DNA of 64,000 nt, taken from the NCBI GenBank assembly GCA_965112735.1, contig OZ218951.1, positions 620,001-684,000 of the forward strand, in the 5' to 3' direction. Below the pieces are notes generated by a model. It did not search any database and was not told the origin of the DNA. It worked only from the letters and a program-made list of their open reading frames with translations. Numbering within the stretch: position 1 is the stretch's first letter; the number at the start of each line of letters is the position of its first letter. A program made the translations under genes and the position numbers. This document shows, piece by piece, positions 24,545 through 51,283 of the stretch. The stretch comes from Phaeosaccion multiseriatum (taxonomy: Eukaryota > Protista > Ochrophyta, other classes).

Positions 24545-27500
24545 TTAGCTCATCATTACCTCCATCCACGCCCTCCGTACCACCCACTTCTTGGAGGAGG
24601 CTCCACCGCTGGCAAACTCTGCTCCCTCTGATGCACCGCTGCCGCTGTCTTGAGTGGCGGCCGGCCCCACCCAACTGCATCTTCCTGCCTCTGTTTCGCT
24701 GCCGAAGTCATCACCCTCCTTTTCACACTCCAGCAGCTCCACGCACACACGCCCACCTCCGTCGGGAAGCTCATGCGAGCCCGCGAGAATCTTCTCCGAA
24801 CGATCTCCACCCAAGTCCACCCACCCCCCACCACTGCCACCAACAGAACCTTCCTTGCCCTGGCCCTGACCTTGACTTCGCAGAGACAAGTTGATCGGAA
24901 CGCACCCGCTCCAGAGGCAACGCGGGATGACGTCATCACAAGGAAGTTCCTCTCCTCCCCCTCCTGCTGCTTTCGCTGTCGCCGCCGAGTTCCGTGTGGT
25001 CCGCCTATTCGTCGTCGTCGTCGGTTGCTGCCGCGACCGTCGTGGGGGGCTGACTGCAGCTTGTGTCCACACAGTGTAGTCGAGCAGCATCACCGCACCC
25101 TCCTCCGACTGCCCGCCTTGCGTGCCTCGGCGGCTTCCCCAACCACTGCTGATGCTGCTGCTGCTGCTGCTGCTGCTGCCGATGACCCGCCCCTCAAAGG
25201 CAGAAGTGGAGTACTGCAGGCGAGGCGGGCAGCACAGCTCTCTGGCAGGGTTCTTCCGACTGTCTCCACCACGACCGAAAGCAGTAGAGCTCTCTCCGCC
25301 TCCGGCAGCTTCGAGCAGCAGCATCCGACGACGATGGCCCGCCCCTCTACCCCGGGTGGGCGGAACATCGACCTCGATATCGACTCCTTGCAGCTCTCGA
25401 GCCACCGTCTCCCACCCGGGCCTTCCCTGGCTCCGTAGACCCATTGCTACCGTAAATACACTTTCGCTTGCCGCTGCCCACCCTCCGCCACTGCTGCTAT
25501 CAATGTCCGCGTCTGTCATGCCATCACTGCTGCTGCTGCTGCTGCTACTGCTACTGCGGCCGATGCTGCTGCCCCCCCTCCTTCTTACACTGCTGCTGCT
25601 GTTGCTACTACTACTACTGCCCTTGGAGCCGTTGCGTGCGTCCTCCGCCCCGTGCATACCGGCAAGGTGCTCCAGGCAAAGCTGATGCGGAAGGTGCACT
25701 GAGAGAAACGTGACGGGACCACTCGAGGAAGGACAACATCCTCTGCCCCCGCCCAGTTGCTGCTGTTGCTGCTGTTGCTCCACCCCAACGAGTACGCACC
25801 CTAGCATGTGGGGAGGTGGGTACGACAACAAGCCCCCGCTGGGCCCGAGGGCTGACCCTCTTGCGCCATTCGCACTGCCACCAGTGCTATTGCTTGTGGC
25901 CGCCCACAAGCTGAAGACGGCCGTCGCCTCGTCGTGGCTACAGTGCCCCACCCGGCGAGCCTCACCACCCCGCCCACCAAGCTGCGTCAAGTCCAAGTCC
26001 AGCAGCGCGGGGGGGCCGGGCCGAGAGGCAGAGAGGTGCGAAGAGGAGAGACTTATGCGAAGTCGACCCATGGAGCCCAGCGAGCCAGGGGGGAAACACC
26101 TCGAAGCGGAAGAAGAGGAACAAGAGACAGGAGGGGGAAGCTGCACTTTGGAGCCACTGCTGAGGGTGAAGAGCCGCACCCCGTCTGCGGTCGCTGTGGG
26201 TTTGGACAGGAGGCTGGGAGCGTCCATCCAGCCCTCCTGTTGGCCCGCGCGTTTCCGATTCTGCGTGCCCTCTAGTTTCAAGGGCGTCCACGTCCACTGC
26301 TGGAACAAGCCGGCAGCAGCAGCACCCACACCACCGCTGTACCTCTCTGTGTCAGCAGGACTGGCCTCCTCTCCAATCTGCACCTCCAGACGCATGGCCA
26401 GCTCCTCCACCACCTTCCGCTGCGCCATGACGGGCCCCAATCGTCGCAGCAGAGCACGCACTTTGGCGGCCACCTTTTTCTCAGGAAGAATCTCAGGAAC
26501 TTTCCGAGAAGGAGCTGAAGGATCGTGCCCCTCGAGGGGGGCCCTTCTCTTGGAGGGTGACAGCGGCACATCCTGAGGTGGGTGATGTGCTGCCCTTGCC
26601 TTTAGTTGAGCGGGAGAGGGGCCGCGCTCGTGGGGAGGGCGATATCCCCGCCTGCGCACCTTCCGGATCGTCAGATCCTGCTGCTGCTGCTGCCGTGCCC
26701 CTCCCGCCCCTGGGGAGGAGTCCAGGCATGATGGTCCGAGTCCTGACATCAGGCCGTCGCCGCCCACCGGAGCGTCACCCAGGCGATCCACGAGCGCCTC
26801 GCCATGCCGCGTCGAGAGGAGCTGCAAAGAGAAGCGCGCCAAGAGTGATTCGAGACCAGCAGCAGCGGTTTCCGAGCCGCGATGTCCGCTGGCCTTTCTG
26901 CTGCTCCGTATACTTCGGCCTCCATCCGCTGCCGCTAGTGCTTTTCTCTGCCCCTCCTTCCCGTGGGACGCTCTCCTGTGGCCCTCTTCCTCCTCCTCTT
27001 CCTCCTCCTGCTCGGCCTGGCCACTCTCCACTCCGAAGAGGGCGATGCAGCAGTACGGAGTAGAGACCCGTGCCCCGATAATGTCCCGAATGATCTCCCG
27101 ATGGCCCACCACTAGCACCTCGTCCTCCTCCTGCAGGGCCGAGAGCCACGCCAGAGCACCGCAGAAGGTCTCAGGCCCTTGTTGGGGGCCTTGTTGGTGC
27201 TCCGCCGTAGCGAGGTCGTCGCCAGAACCCGACTCTCTCCCCACGCCCGGCAAGATGGTGACATGAGGGAAGCGAGCTGCAATGTCTGCATCTGTCCACA
27301 GAGAAGGCTGCACGGCGGGGACTCCGAGGCGCTTCACCGCTGCTGCAGCCTCTCTGCAAGAAGAGCACCGGGAGGGAGGGAGGGAGGGAGGGAGGGGGGA
27401 GGGGGGTGGTTAGAATATTGAGTTGGCTTACCAAAAAACTAAAAACTTGCCCGCACCTACACCTACAAACAAACACAGTAACGCACACACGCACACACGC

Positions 27501-27545
27501 ACACACGCACACACGCACACACACATACGCACACACACACGCGCG

Positions 27546-27580
<35 letters not shown>

Positions 27581-28205
27581 GGAGACGTTCTGACTTACGC
27601 CATGCCGACCACGACTCGGATCGGCAGGGCCAGCTTCTCTGCCAGCTGCACGGCAGTCTCCACGGCGCGTTGCAAAGGAGAGGTGTATATCACTCTGAAC
27701 CTGCCTCGGCGTCGGCGGAGAGGGGGTTGGCAGGGGAGGGATGGCGAAACAGGGATAAGGCTTGGCCATGAACGTCGAGTCGAGAGTGTGAACTGGACTG
27801 CGGCAGTCAATCGAGCGATGTTTCAGCCGCTGCTGCTGCTTCGTTTTCTGCTATCACTAACTCACCTGCCATGGGAAGCCATGAGCCTGAGGGTACTCCC
27901 TGCCTTGGCTGCCTGCTGGTGCCCTACGCGCGTGAGCGGGGGGTCATACCACACATGGTGGGGCGACTTCTCCCACTCACGCTGTGCAGAGGAGGAGAAA
28001 AGGAGAACACGGGTGCTTTAAGCATTGCATTTAGAGAGGTGGAATCCATACGGGGGGCGGCCTCGAGGTGTCTCTCCCCCCCGATTTACCCCTTTCTCAT
28101 CCACCTACTCACTCAATCCCTCCCGCACGCACTCACCTGCTCGGGTCCGTCAACTTCGTCGACCCTCTCGCCATGCCGCACAACACAAAGCTTGCGGCAG
28201 CCCAT
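24545..28205 (-). CDS. Histidine phosphatase (phosphoglycerate mutase-like) with long low-complexity C-terminal extension
   Basis: Exons ~28205-28137, 27981-27866, 27700-27598, 27352-24545. Motifs VVRHGER, DPPLTRVGHQQA, IYTSPLQRAVETA, LVVGH. Confidence 0.85.
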
Positions 28206-28310
28206 CTCTGTGACAAGAGGAGGCGAGAGAGAACGGATCGGGCCGGTCCGGGTAACGATTGTGAATTCGAAATCGAAATCCGGAGCACCAACACGAAAAG
28301 ATGGCAACAG

Positions 28311-29596
28311 ATGGACGACAATTATATCAATTGCGAGCAGAAGCAGCACAAAATGGACGAGCGTCTGCTTCCCGCGGCTCCTACTGCTGCGGCTTCTATA
28401 CAGGGCCCGCTCTTTGACCCCCAGGCCCTCTTTCGGCTTCCTGTTTCCGAGGTTAAGGGCTACCTGAGCCTGTTGGGGGAGGAAGACCTCGGTGCGTGAA
28501 GAGAAGGAGAGAGGGGAGAGAAAGGAGAGAGATGACTCAAGGCGAGGGACGCCCACCTGACTTGGGACGTCGTTTGAAATCCCTGACTTCCATCGCATAC
28601 CCCATCTATCTCTTCTCGCCCCCTCGCGCAGCTTGGGAGATGCTTCTCTACGGCAATGTTGTTGAGGCGACCTTCGGGACAGAGGCCGTATATGGCCACA
28701 GCACGACGAACGAGTCGATGGCCAGGGCACAAGAAGTCCGAGCAGTAAAGGCTTGGCTCGCCAAGGTGCGCAAAGAGATGTCAGCCCACCCCCAACCCAT
28801 CTGCTTCCGCTACCCTAAGCCCCCCCGAACTTTCTTTCCACGGATCCTTCCTCCTCACAGGAGCGCAGCGCACGTGTCTCCCACGGCTCCCACCTCGCTT
28901 CCTTTCTTCTTTCCGCGTCCTTCTGCCTTCATCGGGCAAACTCCTTCCCGTCCCGACCCTGTGGCCTTTCGCTCCTTTCTCGTACCACTCTTCATTATTT
29001 GCCAGTTAATCGCCCTTGTCCCCGCTCTCATGCTTTGCTGTCCCAGTTGCAACAACGCGGTGATCAGACTGCCGTGATTGCCTTTTATCGATCGCTGTTT
29101 GAGCAAGTGAAGCAGTTCATCGAGGCGACAGATGGTGGAGCTGGAGAAGATGACGATGAAGAAGCAGGAGGAGGACGAGGAGGAGGAGGGGGAACACGAA
29201 GAGCATGTACAGCCGTTTTAGGTGAGCAGATACTCAGAACCATCCTCTTCCCCCAATCGCCAAATTCCCACTCGCTCTGCTACTGCTACTGCTACTGCTC
29301 AGAGTTTCCCCGCCTCTCTTTTCTCGACGACCAGTCCTGAAGTCCCGAGCCACTAATGGCATTCTTCCCATCTGGTATTCCCTTCCATTTGACATCTTTC
29401 GCCCATCCTATGTCCTGGCCTCGAAGAGTCCTTGACCCCACTTTACTGACCTTGACTGTGACCCTCGTGCTCATCCGACAAACCTCTTGCAGCCTGCGTA
29501 ACTTGCAAGTCCTTCTTCCGGCGGAGACGCCAAAAGCGCCAAACCTTGGCCCGGCTTGATGAACTCCTTGACGACCTAGAGAGGCACATCCACTAG
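28311..29596 (+). CDS. Small hypothetical protein
   Basis: Four exons (~28311-28491, 28630-28765, 29047-29221, 29493-29596) join in frame with GT-AG sites and end ...LARLDELLDDLERHIH*. No family recognised; start codon uncertain. Confidence 0.6.
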
Positions 29597-31067
29597 CCTC
29601 TCGACTTCTGAAGTCGAGCCCCTCGATCTACTCACGGAGTCGACGGAGACCTTGTTGGGCCACGCCCACTGCAGTGCCGGGGACGGACAAGAGACGCGAC
29701 TAATGACGGTGCCATGATCAGAAGCAGTTCTATCAGAGCCTAGCCCGACGCCAGGTTTGACTGCGAGATACGTACCGCTCCTTCCCTTCAGCTGGTGCTT
29801 TTGATTGCCCAGACAAAACAGTCGGCGCTGAAGGCGGCCGTCTCCACCCCGCCCCAGAGTACAAGTGTCCACTTGACTAGCTGACCGGTCATCAGAGGCT
29901 GAGCGGGGGGGCTTTCCGTGGCAAGACGCGAAGGCTTGCCCGCAAGGACCCGATGGAGGCATGCCTCTCGATTGAGAGCAAGACCCGCTGCAGCTCGTGG
30001 ATGGTGGTGGGGTGCTTCGACTGCTGGTGCCAAACCGAAACCGCACGAGGCGTGCGTCGATCACCTTGGCTCGTGGCGACGAAGAAAGGCGACCTCCCAT
30101 GGACAGGGGGAGAGGGGAATTGGCAGCTCTCCCTCTCTTACGTGCGCGCACGCTGTCATGGCTGCCCCCGCGGTGTCGTTGCGACCGTTTGGATTCGACT
30201 GGAGCTAGCGGACATTGGAGCCAGAGACAGAGACAGACAGACAGAGAGAGAGAGAGAGAGCCAGTGACTGGGACGACTGCACGAGCAATCACGGTCTGAA
30301 GGTGACCTTTGCGTTCTCCATGAGGGTGGCTGGGGGGGGGGGGGTGCTCTAAGAAAGGGAAGATCGCGACGTGCTCAGGGCTCCGAGGCGAGGGAGGGGG
30401 CGCTCAGGTCTCCTTCCTTTGTCGACCCCTGACGTGCTGTTCACGCATTCCCCCGGTAGCAGATTCGAGCAGATAGTCGACCAGAATCGCGCGGCCGGCC
30501 GCCAGTAGCAGGTCAAGGCCGGCTGCTGACGCCGGCGGTAGCAGGTAGCAGATGGCGCGTCAGGGGTCGAGCAATCTTGCTTGAGAGGCCATCCCCCAAG
30601 AGAGTCCTCTCAACGAGGACGTGTCTTCGGGGATGCCGCTGGAGAAGTGACTTCCTAATGGATCCATAGAGCCGCGTCCCCGAGCTGACACACAGAAGCA
30701 TTTCGGAGCGAAGTCTGCTATCTGAAACTTAATCGAACTCCTGTAAGCGACAACGAGACGGAGGAGGGGGGGTGGGGGAAAGTACAGAGGAGGAGAAAGT
30801 GTGTGGTGGGTAGCTAAAAAAAAAAAAGGGACCCGCCCTGCCGCTTCGAATTCTCTAACGGACGAGCACCGGACCTCAAATTCCTCCGCGTCCGACCGCG
30901 TATCTCCGATTTGGTCCTGACACCAACATTTTTTTTTCTTTTTCTCCTCCTCGATTGTACAGCTCTGTTGCGCACAGATCAATGCCCGTACACAGTTTAT
31001 TTTCCTCTGCATCACTTCCATTGGTGCGTGGGTGCAGCCCTCTTTCTGTCTCTCTCACGTGGAATAG

Positions 31068-34000
31068 ATGGGCTGCAGTAGTAGCAGAGGCAGCAAGCAG
31101 GAAATTGGGGAGAGTGAGGGGGTCGACGGCCACACCAACGGTGATGGCAGTGCGGGAGCAGGAGGAAAAGCAGGGGGCGGCGGAGGTGGAGCAGTGTCTG
31201 TGGTGCGAGGGGGGTCGGGAGCTCGAGTGGCAGGAGCGCAGCCAATCACGGAAACTCGAGGTGCGGCCTTCAGACCCGACAGCTTTAATAGCGTGGAGAT
31301 GGGCCTGTCAGACCATGGCCAAGTGTGCCAGCAGGCCGTGGCATCGAAAGGGAGGCGATTGCTGGAGGAAGAACTGGCAGACGATGAAGACGAGAAGCAG
31401 GGAGGAGGGGGAAGCGGGCAAGTGGGCGGGGGGGGGGGCGGCATTGTGGGGGGACCGAGTAGTCGCAAGATCAGAGTAAGCAAGAGTGGAAAGATGATCG
31501 CTGCCAAGACAGTGAGCTTTGATTCCATTAGCAGCACCATAAAGAAGACCGTGGGCAACGTGAAGAAGAGTAGCAGCAGGAGGTGGAAGCAAGGAGGGGC
31601 GGCAGATGGGGGCGTGGGGGTTAGTGATACAGCAACCGCAGCACTAGAGGCCGCTGCAGCACCAGGGCTTCACAGCGGCGCCCTGAGGGTGCTGAACGTG
31701 ATGGGGCCGCACGACATTTCGCACACTCTCCTGACGCGGTGCCTGCTGCTCACGCCAGGCCCAGAAGCGGAGGTGACGGCTGTTGCCTCGGTGGAGGCGG
31801 CGGCAGCGGCGGCAGCGGTGAGAGCAGAGCAAGAGGCAGCCGCAGAGGCAGCTTCCGGGGGTGGCGTGCTACGGACAAGTAGTCGCATTCGTAGGCGACG
31901 TCGCCGCCGTCGCCGTCGCGCAGCAGAGGGAGAGAGAGCGGCATCAGCAGCCGCCGCAGGAGCAGTAGCAGCAGCAGCAGTAGCAGCAGCAGCAGCAGGA
32001 ACAGTAGCACCGGGGGCACCCACAGCAGGGACGGTAACAGCAGGAGTCGTGGGAGATGCGCGAGGGAAGAAGAGAAGAGGCGCCTCAGATGGAGGTGTGA
32101 GGGGAGGGGCACTCGACCGAGCTGCAAGACTCAGCGGCACGGTCAACGTATCGGGGGTTAGCGTGTCAGAGCAGCTGTCGAGTACCTGGCCGAGGGGGGG
32201 CACGCAGCCCAATGGCAGAGACGGGAGTAGCGCCATCACGGGAGGTGGAGGGGAGGGAGGGGGTGGTCTAGGAGGTGGTGGTACCGCTGTTGGAGACGAC
32301 AGTAGGGCCATCACAGTGGCGGTGACCAAGGCGCAGGGCATGAGGGAGGCCATGGAGGACAGGGACGTCATTGTCAGGGATCTTTACCTTCGCGGTCTCA
32401 GCGGCGTGCGGCCTCAGTGCTACATGGCCGTGTATGATGGACACGGGGGCTCGGAGGCCTCGGTCTTCGTCGCGGAGTGGCTGCATCGGGAAGTCGGTAA
32501 GCGCGTGCGTTGGGGCAGCAGCGTCAAGTCTTGCGGGGGACATGCCACGTGTTTGGCTTTGTTTCCTTCTTTTGACTATTGAGTTCCCTTGTTTCGTGCC
32601 TTTGTTTTTGATGTTCTCTGTCATGCTTTCTTCCCCCCTTTCTCTCATGCCCTCCTTCCCTCCTCTCCTCTCCTTTTCCTCTCCTCTCCTCTTCTCTTTC
32701 ACTCTCTCTCCTCTCCTCTCCTCTCCTCTCCTTTTCCTCTCCTCTACTCTTCTCTTTCCCTCTCTCTCCTCTCCTCTCCTCTCCTTTTCCCTCCTCTCCT
32801 CTTCTCTTTCCCTCTCTCTCCTCTCCTCTCCTCTGCCCTCCTTTTCTCCTCTTCTCCTGCCCTCCTCCTTCCCCCTTTCTCTCATGCCCTCCCTCCCTCC
32901 TTCCCTCTCCTCTCCGCCGCAAAAGGAAATTGCCTATCGGAGTCTGCATCTGAGTTTCTGGCCACCGCAGCAGGGTCAGAAGAGAGAGAAACGGTGGTGC
33001 GATCCGCATTGCAAAAGGCCTTTCAGACGACCGATGATGAATTCCTGCTCAATGCCAAGCTGCCTACCTGCGGTTCGTGTGCCACGGTGGTGGTTATTCT
33101 GGGGGATGGACTGTATGTGGCCAATCTGGGAGACTCTCGGACGATGGTCAGGAAGACGGATGCCGCCATGGTGCGGGAACAGGAGCATGCGGTAGTAGCG
33201 GCGGCGGTTGGTGCTGGAGGAAAAGCAGCAGCCGCAGCAGCAGCAGTAGCATCGTCAGTAGCAGTAGCAGGAGGAGGAGGAGGAGGAGGAGGAGGAGGAG
33301 GAGGAGAAAAACGAAGTCTAGAGAGGAAGGCATCAGACGCTGCATCAGACAGAGGCATGCGGGGAGACGGGTATTGCAGCGAAGCGAGCAGCACTATTAG
33401 CGGCAACAGCAAGATGGGTGCCATAGCGGCGGCCGCCTCTTTCTCACCCCTCCCACCACCACCACCACCACCTGTCACACCCACTCTTGTGACGCCTCCC
33501 AAGTTCAGTGTGACTTCGGACCACAAACCGTCGCGCCCTGATGAGACGGACCGCATCACTCGAGCGAGGGGCGTGGTGCTGTATAGGAGGGTGAATGGAG
33601 AGCTGGCGGTGTCCAGGGCCTTTGGCAATGCGCATCTCAAGCTTTTGAACCCGGGCATGCTGCCGCCGGATAAAATGGTGCACAACGTGGGGAGTGGCTT
33701 TGACTACGCCCCCCCCGGGACGGAGGATGACGATGTCTCTGACGATGACGAAGAAGGGTGAGTGACTTGATTGACTGACTGATTGTTTGATTGATTTGAT
33801 TCAATTGATGAGCATGGGGAAGTTGCTTGGCTGCTCCTGCTTCTTCCTTTGTCAGTGGGCCCTGCCTTGTCTTCTCTCTCCACTCTCTGCCGCTTTTTGC
33901 AGTGGGCAGTGCCACTCTCTCTCCTCTCCTCGCCTCATCACGGCCGTCTGCCCAGCTCATTGCCTCATTGCCCCCCTCACCCCCTCGACACCTCCCTCCC

Positions 34001-35016
34001 TCCCCTCCTGCAGCGGGTACACGGCACCCTTGGTGATTCCAACCCCAGAAGTGTCCGTGGCCAATGTGTCGGACACCTCGTGGGTCCTTCTGGCCTGCGA
34101 TGGCCTCTTTGATGTGATTGACAACGAAGAGGTGGAGCGGTTGGTCACGGAGGGGTTGGAGAAGGGGCACGCGAATGTAGAGCACTTGCTCACGGGCAAT
34201 TTTGATAAGGACGTTCGTTTGCATGGTCACGTGACGACAAGCGTCGCCAACCATCTTGTTCGCACCGCGCTCGAGAGAGAGACGAGCGACAATTTGACAG
34301 TCATGCTCGCGGTCATGCGAAGCGCAGTGGGAGGGGTGGGCAGCAGCAGCAGCATCAAGGGCTTTTTAGCATCGTCTTGGGCTGCCCAGCAATGGCAGTT
34401 GCAGCAGGAGCAGGAGCAGCAGCGGCAGGAGGAGGAGGAGCAGCGGCGGGAGGAGGAAGAGCGGTGGCAGCAAAAGCAGCGGAAGCAGGGGGAAGAAGGG
34501 GGTGGCCGCACCAGCTTCAGTGGCACAGGCTCCAGTGGCGCAGTTGGCGATGCTGGTGACGTCACTCGCGGCCGCAGTGCGAGCTACGAATATAGCAGCA
34601 GTGACAGGTCTTCAAGGTCGTCGAGCCCAGACCTCAGTCTGGACCTCAGCAATCAGGAGATGATCATCGCGGCCATTCTGGACGGAAGCATCTGCGGCGA
34701 TTACAGCGTGACGGGCAGTGAGGCCAGCAGAAGCAGTAGAAAGGGCCGGGAGGATCAAAGTAACGGAAGCAGAGATGCAAGCAGATTGGGGTCCGATGCA
34801 ACGCCGCCAGTGGTGCCACCAGTGGTGCCTCCAGTAGCGCTTGTGCCCGCGTACCGGCGAGGGGGGAAGGGCGGGCCGCCCGGCTCAGGGCCAGACTGGG
34901 GCAAATGGGGCGGTGTGGATGGTGGGGTCTCAGACGCCTCCAGTCGTGACGTTCTGAGGTCAGAGTCGAACAGCAACGGTAGCAACGTGGTGAGGAGCAC
35001 AGGCGAGTTTACTTGA
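31068..35016 (+). CDS. PP2C (PPM) protein phosphatase with MGC N-acylation motif
   Basis: Exons ~31068-32496, 32926-33757, 34014-35016. Motifs GMREAMEDR, VYDGHGG, GSCATVV, VANLGDSR, DHKP, RVNGELAVSRAFG, LACDGLFDV, SDNLTV; N-terminus MGCSSS. Confidence 0.92.
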
Positions 35017-35914
35017 GGGTGCCTAGGCATCGTGAGAGCAACCCCAATTGGCGGGGAGGGGGACGGGGAGGGTGGGGCTGCTCTACTTTGGTAGGAGGAG
35101 GGAGGAGGAAGAGGAGGCAGAGGAATGCCCCACAATTTGATAGAGGTGGGGAGGAGGAAGTAAGCAAGCACACAGAGGCTGATGTGTTGCGCAAGCATAT
35201 TTCATATGCTACTTCGGTTCGGTTCAATAATCTGAAGCGTCTGGTCATTGTGAGGCGCCATTGCTGCCTCTTCATTCCTTCCTTGCCCTCTTGTCGATAT
35301 TGAGAGGGATGAGGTCTTCGAGGAGATCAAGCAGAGGGTTCATACCAAAGGGCACCCCTGTGACTGCGAGGACTGAGCGCCGCTCGCTTCCTCGACGTTG
35401 AGAGACCTCTTCGAAGAGAAGGCTGGCTGGTCAGCCATCGCAATCCCTTCAAACCAACCCCAAGCAAATAGTTCACCAAACACAACATATTGCACCTTTC
35501 ATTTTACCCTCAAGTCTATTCTCCCTCGCGTCCAGACTTTCATTTCCCGGCCCTCTTGCTGCTCCCCGCGCCCCCTCTCCTCTCGGCCTCCCATGCCCCT
35601 TACGCACATCATTCACTTGACTCCCGTCACTTCCCTCGCTCACTCCAGTGACACACTCACTTTACCCACTCACACACCCACTCTATACCTCAGTCATTGC
35701 ATTCGCTCACTCGGTCCTCTCAGTCCTGCACTGCCCACTGCCCTGCCTCTTTCTTGAGCATCATCGACGTCAACATCAACATCAACATCAACATCAACAT
35801 GAACGCTCCCTCCATTCTTAACCCCCATTCGGTCATGTCTGGCCCTTCGCCCTCCCCTCCCCTCCCCTCCCCTCCCCTCCCTTCCCCTCCCCTCCCCTCG
35901 GTTCATTCTCTCGC

Positions 35915-50959
<15,045 letters not shown>

Positions 50960-51283
50960 AGCCAAACCTTACGGTTTCTGTGACCCCGTTCCCTCCCCCC
51001 CTCGAGCTTTCCGCCTCGCTATTAGAAGAGTTTTCAGCCTCGCTATTACTTGAGCACTTTTTTTTTTTTTAGAGGCGGCCTTTGTTCTCCCGAGCTGTTT
51101 CAATTTCTATCGCTCTTTGGCGGTAAGCCTCAGCCACAGCTCTTCTCTCGACCCACGCTCGTATCTGTAGTGAGAAGTACAACAGTATCCTGCAAGCTCG
51201 CTATTTTGATGCACCTTCTTCTCTTCCTGTTTTCACCTCCTCACCAATTTCGACAATCCAGCCAATTTCTGAACCCGCCGGCC

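Noticed and set aside
29576-31020. ORFs or an RNA gene in the gap before PP2C
   Set aside because: No motifs, no consistent exon chain and no tRNA/snRNA-like pattern recognised.
35340-35446. Possible extra last exon of the tether gene ending in CaaX-like GCPLV*
   Set aside because: The upstream exon already reaches a stop at 35915 and no convincing donor links them; needs RNA evidence.
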